Shown here in pieces: positions 34,522-42,130 of a stretch of DNA of 64,000 bases. The stretch's first letter is position 1. Every line of letters starts with the position of its first letter. This DNA comes from Fibrobacterota bacterium. Lineage in GTDB: Bacteria > Fibrobacterota > Chitinivibrionia > Chitinivibrionales > FEN-1185. The stretch is taken from positions 69,061 through 133,060 of the forward strand of contig PLWQ01000006.1 of NCBI GenBank assembly GCA_003165595.1, in the 5' to 3' direction. The position numbers and the translations under genes are program-made. The notes beneath the pieces are model-generated. The model did no database searches and was not told the origin of the DNA. It saw only the letters and a program-made list of their open reading frames with translations.

Positions 34522-36297
34522 TCAAAAGAATATCGGCCGCTCCAGCTTGTTGGCAAGACGATATACGGCGTTTACCAGCCCTACATGGCTATAGGTTTGC
34601 GGGAAATTGCCCCACTGGCCGTTGCTTTCGTCCGCGTCTTCGCTCAGCAGGCCCAGATGATTGGCGCATTGCAAGGCGCGCTCGATCGCCGCTGCAGCCT
34701 GATCGAGCCTGCCCATGCACGCGAGCGCTTCCGCGTACCAGAACGAACAAACCAGAAAGGAGGTCTGCGGGAGGCCAAGGTCATCGGCTTGCGAATAGCG
34801 ATTTATGAGGCCGCTGCGCGTCTTGAGGCTGGCCTCCAAGGCAGCCATGTGGCAAGAGGCCTTGGGCGATGCCGGATCGAGGTAGCGCATAGTGACAAGC
34901 TGGAGTGTACTGGCGTCGAAGCCCTTTGATCCTATCGCCTGGGCATAGCCGCCCACGCGCTCATTAAAACATTCCTCAATTTTTCGTGCGCTTGCCTGCT
35001 CCAGCTCACGCGCCTTTGCGGCAAGGGCGTCATCGTTCATCGCCCTTGCAATCTTGAAAGCCGCCTTGGAGCCTGCCCAGTGGAACAGGTATGTGTAGCA
35101 GTGAAATTGTTGACTACTGCGATATTCCCATATGCCCGCATCGGGAAGATCCATGGTTTTTTCGATGCGATCCGCCAGCCACTGAACCAGCCGGTACTGC
35201 TTGCGGTGCCGCTCTCTGTCGAGACGGGGATCGGTGTACAGCGGCAAGAGACAGGCAAGCAACTGGCCGTACACGTCGTTTTGCCGTTGCAGGTATGCGT
35301 TGTTGCCGGCGCGTACCGGATGATTGTTTTTGTATCCGTCAAGAGACAACTCATATTCCGGGAGGGCCTTTTCCCCGCTCAAGCCATACACGGGTTGAAT
35401 GAATTCGTTTTCATTGAGAACCACATTTTGGATATAGTGAAAGAACTTCTCCAGTTCCTCGAAATGGCCGATGTTGTTGAATGCGTTGAGTGTGTAAAAA
35501 GAGTCCCGTATCCAGCAATACCGGTAGTCCCAGTTCCTGCCCGCGTCCTCGCATTCTGGAAGGCTTGTTGTCCCGGCGGCGATTATTCCCCCCGTGTCTT
35601 CGTATTGATGGAGCTTGAGCACCAGCGCCGAGCGAATGACCTCCTCCTGGTAGAGGGCCGGGATGGATGTCGCTTTGACCCAATCGCTCCAGTACCGTTC
35701 CGTTTTTTGCAGGAAGTCCTCCGCCGTGGATGCGAGCGGCGCTTCCAGAGGTTCCCCGTAGGTAAACACGCAGTAGCGCACGCCGCTCAGCACAAACGCG
35801 AGATTCTCCAGCACATAATTGAGGGGAACATCGGTAGTGAGCCTCACCTGGCTTTGCAGATTGAGATAGCGGATATGATTGCTGCCCACCACGGTCTGGG
35901 GTTCCATGGCTCCATACTCTCCCCTCGGGCTGCATGCCACGCGCACAACCGGTTCTCCCGAAAGAGGCTCAATTTTTCGAACCAGCATGAGGGGCTTAAA
36001 GTACCGCTCAAAATGGTAGAACCTCGGCGCGAAATCCGTTATCCGAACAACTCCCCCGCCCGTATCGAACTCGGTACGCAGGATATTCGTGTTCTTCACG
36101 TAGTATTGTCTTGACGAAAAGTATTCGTCCGCGGGAAGAATAGAGAATTCCCCCCCCTTTTTGTTGTCCAGAAGCCCACCAAACACGAAGCTGCTGTCGA
36201 ATCGGGGCATGCACATCCACTGCACGCGCGCCTCTGTGTCTATATGGGCCAAAAACGAGCAGTTGCCCACAAGTCCCATGGAGTAGGTGTTGGTCAA
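34522..36297 (-). CDS. Glycoside hydrolase family 15 (glucoamylase/trehalase-like)
   Basis: 591 aa. It carries GRNWDYRYCWIRDSFYT and an (alpha/alpha)6 barrel-type C-terminal half (GQWGNFPQTYSHVGLVNA). It lies adjacent to otsAB. Confidence 0.87.
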   Translation of the reverse strand: MTNTYSMGLVGNCSFLAHIDTEARVQWMCMPRFDSSFVFGGLLDNKKGGEFSILPADEYFSSRQYYVKNTNILRTEFDTGGGVVRITDFAPRFYHFERYFKPLMLVRKIEPLSGEPVVRVACSPRGEYGAMEPQTVVGSNHIRYLNLQSQVRLTTDVPLNYVLENLAFVLSGVRYCVFTYGEPLEAPLASTAEDFLQKTERYWSDWVKATSIPALYQEEVIRSALVLKLHQYEDTGGIIAAGTTSLPECEDAGRNWDYRYCWIRDSFYTLNAFNNIGHFEELEKFFHYIQNVVLNENEFIQPVYGLSGEKALPEYELSLDGYKNNHPVRAGNNAYLQRQNDVYGQLLACLLPLYTDPRLDRERHRKQYRLVQWLADRIEKTMDLPDAGIWEYRSSQQFHCYTYLFHWAGSKAAFKIARAMNDDALAAKARELEQASARKIEECFNERVGGYAQAIGSKGFDASTLQLVTMRYLDPASPKASCHMAALEASLKTRSGLINRYSQADDLGLPQTSFLVCSFWYAEALACMGRLDQAAAAIERALQCANHLGLLSEDADESNGQWGNFPQTYSHVGLVNAVYRLANKLERPIFF

Positions 36298-36376
36298 GGA
36301 CTGCCCTTTCTTTGTAAAGATCTAGAAACCGCCGTTGGCCGAGGATAGTTTCGGGGGTCGCACTGTTGCACGCCCA

Positions 36377-36907
36377 CTAATTCTCCGGAGCCGGTTCCTT
36401 GAGCATCACCGTGATGGTGATCCGATCGCCAAGTCTTTCGCGAGCCGAAATGGTGGCCACCACCCGGACCGCTCCCTTGTCGCTTCGAAACAAAAAACTC
36501 TCGACCCTGCACCGGGGAGAGTCGAGCGCCCGCAGGAGGCAGTCGCGGAAAGCCCCATGACTCTCGTTCTCAACGTATCCAAACACTGTTCTTTGTACGA
36601 GATCTTCCCGGTTTGCTCCCAAGAACTCAGCCGCGGCCGGATTGGCCTCAAGGATGGCATACTGTTCGTCCAGTGTCAAACACGGGAAAGGAGTTGCATT
36701 GATGAGGTCCCGATAGTTCCTGAGGCATTCGGCAAGGCGTTCCTGTGCTCCAAGCAACGCTTCGAGATAGGACTCCACCTCAACTTGACTAGTGCGCATT
36801 TCCTCGGCGAACACGATGGCATCGGTGGGACGCGCCGAACCGCCGGGCTTTGCAGGCAATTGACTTGCGATATCGAGGCCATCGCCCCGTTTAGTTTCTT
36901 CGGGCAT
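36377..36907 (-). CDS. Stand-alone PAS domain protein
   Basis: ORF 36377..37150. The likely start is ATG at 36907, after GGGGGAG. The PAS core reads INATPFPCLTLDEQYAILEANPAAAEFLGANREDLVQRTVFGYV... Confidence 0.6.
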   Translation of the reverse strand: MPEETKRGDGLDIASQLPAKPGGSARPTDAIVFAEEMRTSQVEVESYLEALLGAQERLAECLRNYRDLINATPFPCLTLDEQYAILEANPAAAEFLGANREDLVQRTVFGYVENESHGAFRDCLLRALDSPRCRVESFLFRSDKGAVRVVATISARERLGDRITITVMLKEPAPEN

Positions 36908-37112
36908 TGGATTATCTCCCCCCTTTCCTTCGAGTTCTCCGCGAACGTTGTTTCTTCTTCGCTTTAGTTCTAAGGCAATTAAGCAAACTGGCGGCCAACG
37001 CCTGCAACTACTCTTCGCAATGGTCCCTTCACAAAACCAATGCAAAGCCAGGTTCCCATTTTCGAAAGTGATTTTCCCACAAACAATAATTGCGAACAAT
37101 TTTCTATTCGGA

Positions 37113-37212
37113 AGATCCGGGCGCCCCGCCGCTTGGTTCACACTTCGCATCTCGCTCCGCGCCCAGGGGGGTTATAGGCCCGCCGCCGCAAAGCGGCGGG
37201 GCGCCCGGATCT
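37113..37212. repeat. Inverted pair of tail modules of the GC-rich element forming a long hairpin
   Basis: AGATCCGGGCGCC (37113-37125) pairs perfectly with GGCGCCCGGATCT (37200-37212). Inside sit CCGCCGCTTGG... and the hairpin CCGCCGC-AAA-GCGGCGG. Confidence 0.7.
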
Positions 37213-37308
37213 TGCCGCATTTATCTCGGCATCTGCCGCTCTCATCCATTTTTTTTCCTTTGCGGCCACAGGCTCCCTATTATTTTAGTTTTAGAGGAGG
37301 GCAAACTT

Positions 37309-38454
37309 ATGAAAAATATAGGGAGTCTTTTTGCGACATGTCTTGTTCTTGCATTGCTGGCAGGATGCGGCGGAAACGGAAACCATCGGGTCTTTGGAAA
37401 ACTCACCGGCGTGTCGGGCACGGTCCGGCTGTTCGCGGCGGGCGGCGCGTGGGCACCTGCGCAGAACGGCTCAGCGGTTGGCATCGGCGACAGTGTCCAA
37501 ACGTCCAAGGAATCCGAGGCTGTTGTGGCTTTCGGCAAGAGCACGGTAAAGTTGAGCGAAAATACCTGCATTACGATCAGCGACACCCTGGACGCCGAGA
37601 AGAAAAGGCTCGTGTCCGTGCTCGTTACCGGCGGTGAAATTCTTTGTGATGTCAAGGATTATGAGCAAAGCGGCGGCAGGTTTGAGGTGTGGACGCCGAC
37701 TGCCGTTGCTCACGCGGAGGGAACCCACTTCAGCGTGACGTTTTCTCCCCAGGCCTACTCTACCAACGTTCACGTGCTTGACGGACGCGTACGCGTGTAT
37801 AACCCGTTCATGCCGTCGGCGCCCCAGGTCATGGTTTCGCCCGGATGCTACACCACGGTCGCATACAACGCCGGGCCTTCCGCAACCGCACCCATGAACT
37901 GCGGACAGTTCAAGAAGATGGAACGTGTTCTTGGACCAAGGTGGTACCACGACTACGAAGTGAGATTCAAGGTCGATCCGGACCAGACACCTCTTGATGC
38001 ACCTATCGTCGTTGTGCCCGTGGTAACGGCCGCTGTGTTTTTCCCGCCGGTACCTCCGCTACCCCGGGGACCGCACGGACGCTTTGTCGTACAAGGGCCG
38101 TTCTTGTTGCCGCCCGGTCCGGGAATGCCTTTGCCGGAACGTCGTTCGGTCGCCTTTGCAGCGCCCGGTTTGCCCGCTCCCGGAATGCCACCAATGCCGC
38201 CGATGCCACGTCATGGCGGCGTATTGGTTCCTCCGGCGCCGCCCGGACCAGGCCGCCTGCCGGCGCCACCCGGTCCCGGCCGCATGCCGGCACCTCCCAT
38301 GCCGGGCCGTGCACATGTGGTTGCGCCCAGACCCGTGGCGCCACCGCCCGCGCCCCATGCCCCGACAATGGCCAAGATCGCTGTTCATGGCGGCAACGGA
38401 GGCCACCAGGGCGGCAATCACGATCAGGGAAAACACAAAGGCGATAAGCACTAG
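37309..38454 (+). CDS. FecR-domain lipoprotein with a Pro-rich repetitive C-terminus
   Basis: ORF 37090..38454. The start is at ATG 37309, after GGAGG. Lipobox LALLAGC. The FecR-like core reads VSGTVRLFAAGGAWAPAQNGSAVGIGDSVQT...AEGTHFSV. The tail reads PPAPPGPGRLPAPPGPGRMPAPPMPG and ends HGGNGGHQGGNHDQGKHKGDKH. Confidence 0.75.
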   Translation: MKNIGSLFATCLVLALLAGCGGNGNHRVFGKLTGVSGTVRLFAAGGAWAPAQNGSAVGIGDSVQTSKESEAVVAFGKSTVKLSENTCITISDTLDAEKKRLVSVLVTGGEILCDVKDYEQSGGRFEVWTPTAVAHAEGTHFSVTFSPQAYSTNVHVLDGRVRVYNPFMPSAPQVMVSPGCYTTVAYNAGPSATAPMNCGQFKKMERVLGPRWYHDYEVRFKVDPDQTPLDAPIVVVPVVTAAVFFPPVPPLPRGPHGRFVVQGPFLLPPGPGMPLPERRSVAFAAPGLPAPGMPPMPPMPRHGGVLVPPAPPGPGRLPAPPGPGRMPAPPMPGRAHVVAPRPVAPPPAPHAPTMAKIAVHGGNGGHQGGNHDQGKHKGDKH

Positions 38455-38462
38455 AGGCGAAA

Positions 38463-40004
38463 CTAGCGGGTGACGTCTTGATCCTGCTTTGCGGTTCCGG
38501 CGATTCGAACGAAACGGTACTCGAGCGGATCCACCAGCTCTTCGCGCACCCTGATTGAAAACGACCGCGCGTTTCCCGCGCTGTCGAAAACAAAAACCGG
38601 GTAGCTCTTGCCGAAGTACCTGTCGCGCCAGACGCACATCATCGTGTCGCCGCCCACGTGCCACAGGTTGCCCGCAAGCCCGGGATGCGCGGTGAGGTGA
38701 AGTATGCAGTCTTTCCCGGTGCGAAAAATGGTGGCAGTGCCGTAGACGTCGCTCTTGTAGGTTCCCGTGAGCGCCTCGGGCTTTGCGAGCCCCAGCATGG
38801 TACGGGACGCCGAGGCTTTGGCCTTGGCCGGATCGTTATTCCACCGATCCAGGAGAATCCCGCTCCAATCCCGCGACGGAATTCCCAGATACCCGTCCAG
38901 GATTTCGTAGAAAATCGCTTCGTGAAGCCTGTGGTTGTCGCAATTGGTAAGCACCGCGATCCCGAGTTTTTCGTCGGGCACGAACCCCACAAAGCACAGC
39001 ATGCCGTCGACCCCGCCCGCATTGTACACGAGCATTCGTCCGTAGTAATCGGCCAGCATCCAGCCCAGGCCCGAGGCATGAAACTTGGTCGCGGGAAACA
39101 GCCCGCGCGAGTTCGGCTCGGGAGGCGCGAGCATCTGCGGCTTCCGCGTCTCGCCCACAATGGCCGAATCGACCACCACGGTTCCGTTGAATCGCCCATT
39201 GTCAAGCTGGAGCCTGAGCCATTTGGACAGGTCTATGGCGGATGAATTCATGGCCCCCGCCGCGCCGATGTTGTCGAACATGCGATAGGTGATTGCCGAC
39301 ACCTTGCCGTCGGCGATCGTGTGCGGGTCCGCCGCATTCTGGACCCTAAACAGATCCCGGGCAGACGTGCCCGAGCGCGTCATGCCGAGCGGGTCGAGCA
39401 GACGTTTCTTGACAAGTGCGCCCCACGGCATCCCCGCGGCAGTCGCGGCAACCCTGCCCGCAACGAGGTACATCAGATTCGAATAACCGAACCGGCTCCG
39501 GATTGCGAAATCCGGCTTGAGGAACCTGAGCCGGGACAGTATGGTGTCGTCGGTATAGCGTGAGCCGTACCACAAAAGATCGCCGCAGCGCGATGCGAGA
39601 CCGGTGCGGTGCGACAGCAGATCCCGCAGCGTAAGTTCGCTGCTCGCGCAGTCGTCCTGCAGCGCAAACGAGGGCAGCCGCCGCGAAATGGTATCGTCCC
39701 AGGAGATCATTCCGTCTTTGACAAGGAGGCCGATGGCTGTTGCGGTAAACGGCATCGTGGCCGGGCCGATGGCAAATACTGTTTTGCCGTCGATCCGCGC
39801 GCCCTCTCCCCGCCTGCACACGCCGTATCCCCGGCAGGCGACCAGGGAATCGTCTTTTACGACGGCGACGGCAACCCCCGGCACCCGCCACGAAGACATG
39901 CAGGCCTTTACGCACGAGTCAAGCGGCAGGGGAAGCCCGCCCGCGGCGGAGGCACAGGAGGCAAGGGCAAGGGTCAGTAGCACACAGGTATACGCTTTTG
40001 TCAT
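38463..40004 (-). CDS. Beta-lactamase/transpeptidase-fold (class C-like) protein lacking the SxxK nucleophile
   Basis: ORF 38463..40034; the likely start is MTKAYTCVLLTLALASCASA at 40004. The fold motifs are present (FGYSNLMY = YxN). At the SxxK position the sequence reads FAIGPATMPFTATAIG, where the expected pattern is IGSxxKxFTA. Confidence 0.78.
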   Translation of the reverse strand: MTKAYTCVLLTLALASCASAAGGLPLPLDSCVKACMSSWRVPGVAVAVVKDDSLVACRGYGVCRRGEGARIDGKTVFAIGPATMPFTATAIGLLVKDGMISWDDTISRRLPSFALQDDCASSELTLRDLLSHRTGLASRCGDLLWYGSRYTDDTILSRLRFLKPDFAIRSRFGYSNLMYLVAGRVAATAAGMPWGALVKKRLLDPLGMTRSGTSARDLFRVQNAADPHTIADGKVSAITYRMFDNIGAAGAMNSSAIDLSKWLRLQLDNGRFNGTVVVDSAIVGETRKPQMLAPPEPNSRGLFPATKFHASGLGWMLADYYGRMLVYNAGGVDGMLCFVGFVPDEKLGIAVLTNCDNHRLHEAIFYEILDGYLGIPSRDWSGILLDRWNNDPAKAKASASRTMLGLAKPEALTGTYKSDVYGTATIFRTGKDCILHLTAHPGLAGNLWHVGGDTMMCVWRDRYFGKSYPVFVFDSAGNARSFSIRVREELVDPLEYRFVRIAGTAKQDQDVTR

Positions 40005-40123
40005 ATATCGGTTCCATTGCAGAGCGCATGGCACAGTGCATGAAAATAGTAAAAGTCATTGCCGGTTTTGTCCGGATATTGTAAGTTAATTATCGATTGA
40101 CAGTCCAATCTTAAGGAGGACAA

Positions 40124-40759
40124 GTGCAATTCCGACGTGGCGCGGCCGTGGCCGCCGTATTCCTTTTGGTTTCATGCGCAACGTACCGCCCCCAGCTGCC
40201 CGGCGCCATTGCGCGCGGCACTCACGAATATGTCAATGATGTTGCAGGCATCAGGATCGCATTTCCGGAACAATGGGACATCTCCACCGGTCCTGCGAGC
40301 GGCCCAAAGGAATTCCGGCCGTTGTTCCGCACGCTGCAATCGCCCACCACCGAGTTGCTGTTTATCGGAATGGATTCAAGCAAAAGCGCGTTTGTGCGTT
40401 GCGTTGCCGAAGCGTTCGACGGCGGTCTGGACTCTTACTACACTGCGGTCGTTCGCAGCAGCGGAGCCGGGATAGGTGTACAGGCCGCCGATTACTACGA
40501 AGGAAAAGGCCAAAAACTGGTGGTCTGGACCTACAACCTCGTCAACGGCGACCAGACTTCGGCGTTCGAGGAGTACGTAATCGACCTTGGCGGCACCAAA
40601 TGCCGTCTCAGCTTCTGGACATCTGCGGACCTCTTTTCCAGCTACCATGCGGAATTTGAGAAGACGGCAAAAACGGTGTGCGCGGGAAAAGAGCTAGCGA
40701 CGTGCGAGCAGGTCTGGGCCGCAAAAGACAGCGCCGAGGCGCACCGGACGCTCAAATAG
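40124..40759 (+). CDS. Lipoprotein, function unknown
   Basis: 211 aa. GTG start after AAGGAGG; lipobox FLLVSC. Confidence 0.6.
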   Translation: MQFRRGAAVAAVFLLVSCATYRPQLPGAIARGTHEYVNDVAGIRIAFPEQWDISTGPASGPKEFRPLFRTLQSPTTELLFIGMDSSKSAFVRCVAEAFDGGLDSYYTAVVRSSGAGIGVQAADYYEGKGQKLVVWTYNLVNGDQTSAFEEYVIDLGGTKCRLSFWTSADLFSSYHAEFEKTAKTVCAGKELATCEQVWAAKDSAEAHRTLK

Positions 40760-40795
40760 TAATTAGAGCATAACCATAAATGGGTGCCACGTGTC

Positions 40796-40830
40796 ACTCC
40801 CGCGAAAGTGGGAGTCCATCTTTTCTTTAT
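40796..40830 (+). terminator. Rho-independent terminator
   Basis: 8-bp stem ACTCCCGC / GTGGGAGT with a GAAA tetraloop, followed by CCATCTTTTCTTTAT. Confidence 0.65.
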
Positions 40831-40942
40831 ACAGTGGATTCCCGACCAGGCCGGGGACGACAAAACTTTCCACAGAAACCGGCTCGGGATTCGCTTTCGA
40901 TGCCGGATGCCCCTTGCCATTGGCAACCACTATTTTTCCTTC

Positions 40943-41833
40943 ATGCACATAAACGACATTTTCAAACGCGATAAGATAACCTTCAGCTTCGAGTTCTTTC
41001 CACCCAGGGACGCGGCTGCTTCGGAACAGCTGTTCCACACAATCACCGACGTGGTACCGCTTGGCCCCTCCTATGTGAGCGTCACGTACGGCGCAGGCGG
41101 TTCCACCCGCACACTCACGCACGACCTTGTGGTTCGCATCAAGAAAGAAACCGGCATTACCGTGGTGTCGCACCTTACCTGCGCCGGTTCCACCGAGGAC
41201 GAGATTCTGAAGATTCTGGCCACCTATCGCGCAAGCGGCATAGAGAACATCATGGCACTGCGGGGCGACCCGCCCAGGGGGCAGCCGCCGTTCGTTCCGC
41301 CGGAGGGAGGCTGCGCGCACGCCGCCGAACTTGTGACGCTCATAAAACGCCATTTCCCCGCCATGGGTGTCGGCGTGGCAGGCTATCCGGAAGGTCATCC
41401 GGAAGCGCCCAACCGCCTGCGCGAGATGGATCACCTTAAGGCAAAAGTGGATGCCGGCGCGGATTTCGTGTGCACGCAATTCTTTTTCGACAACCACGAT
41501 TTCTTTGACTTCTGCGACCGGTGCAGGCTGGCGGGCATCACGGTACCCATACTGGCGGGTATCATGCCCGTTACCTCGCTCAAGGGAATGGCTCGAATGG
41601 CCGACCTGGCTGCGCGCACGCATTTTCCGGCGCGGCTCCTGAGGGCGCTGTCACGCGCCGAAGACGACGACCACGTGGAAAAAGTGGGCGTCCACTGGGC
41701 AACGGAGCAGGTGGCCGACCTGATTGACAACGGAGTAAAGGGCGTTCATTTCTATACGCTTAACAAATCGAAAGCAACCCTGAAGATTTACGATTCGCTG
41801 GGCGTCACCAGTTCGGCAAGGCTCAAGCAATAG
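40943..41833 (+). CDS. metF: 5,10-methylenetetrahydrofolate reductase
   Basis: ORF 40784..41833; the start is at ATG 40943. It reads MHINDIFKRDKITFSFEFFPPRD...SYVSVTYGAGGSTRTLTHDLV...VSHLTCAGSTEDEI...ALRGDPP...GYPEGHPE. Confidence 0.9.
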   Translation: MHINDIFKRDKITFSFEFFPPRDAAASEQLFHTITDVVPLGPSYVSVTYGAGGSTRTLTHDLVVRIKKETGITVVSHLTCAGSTEDEILKILATYRASGIENIMALRGDPPRGQPPFVPPEGGCAHAAELVTLIKRHFPAMGVGVAGYPEGHPEAPNRLREMDHLKAKVDAGADFVCTQFFFDNHDFFDFCDRCRLAGITVPILAGIMPVTSLKGMARMADLAARTHFPARLLRALSRAEDDDHVEKVGVHWATEQVADLIDNGVKGVHFYTLNKSKATLKIYDSLGVTSSARLKQ

Positions 41834-41839
41834 CCTTGC

Positions 41840-42125
41840 CGCTTATCCCCTAGCCCACCACCTGCGATCCATTTCTCTTATGAAAAGCAGCTGGGGCCCC
41901 GACCAGGTGTCGGGCTTCAAAGCTTTTCCGAATGGCCATAGGCTTTCTTGGTGGTGAGGAACAGGCCGCAACAGGGTCTTCCCAACCACTTTTCGCGGGT
42001 GCCCCCCAACCGAGGTTGACGTTTGCCACAGCCCCGTCAAGGGGTGCACCCAGGAAGGGGTAGCGGAAGACCGGTGGTACACCGGGCTGAAGCGAGGGGG
42101 AAACTTCCCCCCGTAGGAACATGCT
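41840..42125. other. Highly structured ~290-nt spacer between convergent genes; candidate small RNA or bidirectional terminator complex (unassigned)
   Basis: Many nested helices: CACCACC (41853)/GGTGGTG (41950); GAAAAGC/GCTTTTC; CCCGAC-CAGGT-GTCGGG; GGGTGC/GCACCC; CCCC-GTCAA-GGGG; CCGGTG-GTA-CACCGG; GGGGGAA/TTCCCCC. There is no convincing ORF and no match I can assert to RNase P, tmRNA, SRP or 6S RNA. Confidence 0.3.
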
Positions 42126-42130
42126 ATCCA

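Noticed and set aside
33829-36114. Plus-strand ORFs 33829..34929 (366 aa) and 35080..36114 (344 aa)
   Set aside because: They are antisense to otsAB and the GH15 gene, both of which carry strong family signatures.
40763-41623. 286-aa minus-strand ORF, plus the N-terminal extension of the metF ORF (40784-40942)
   Set aside because: The minus ORF is antisense to metF. The metF homology starts at MHINDIFKRDKITFSFEFFPP (ATG 40943), and the upstream part covers the terminator of the preceding gene.
41950-42080. Cobalamin riboswitch
   Set aside because: Only loose matches to the GCCACTG / GGGAAGGC / B12-box order are present, with wrong spacing. The AAnAGGGAA-GGTG core is missing, and there is no downstream gene on either strand. 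I kept the region as an unassigned structured region instead.
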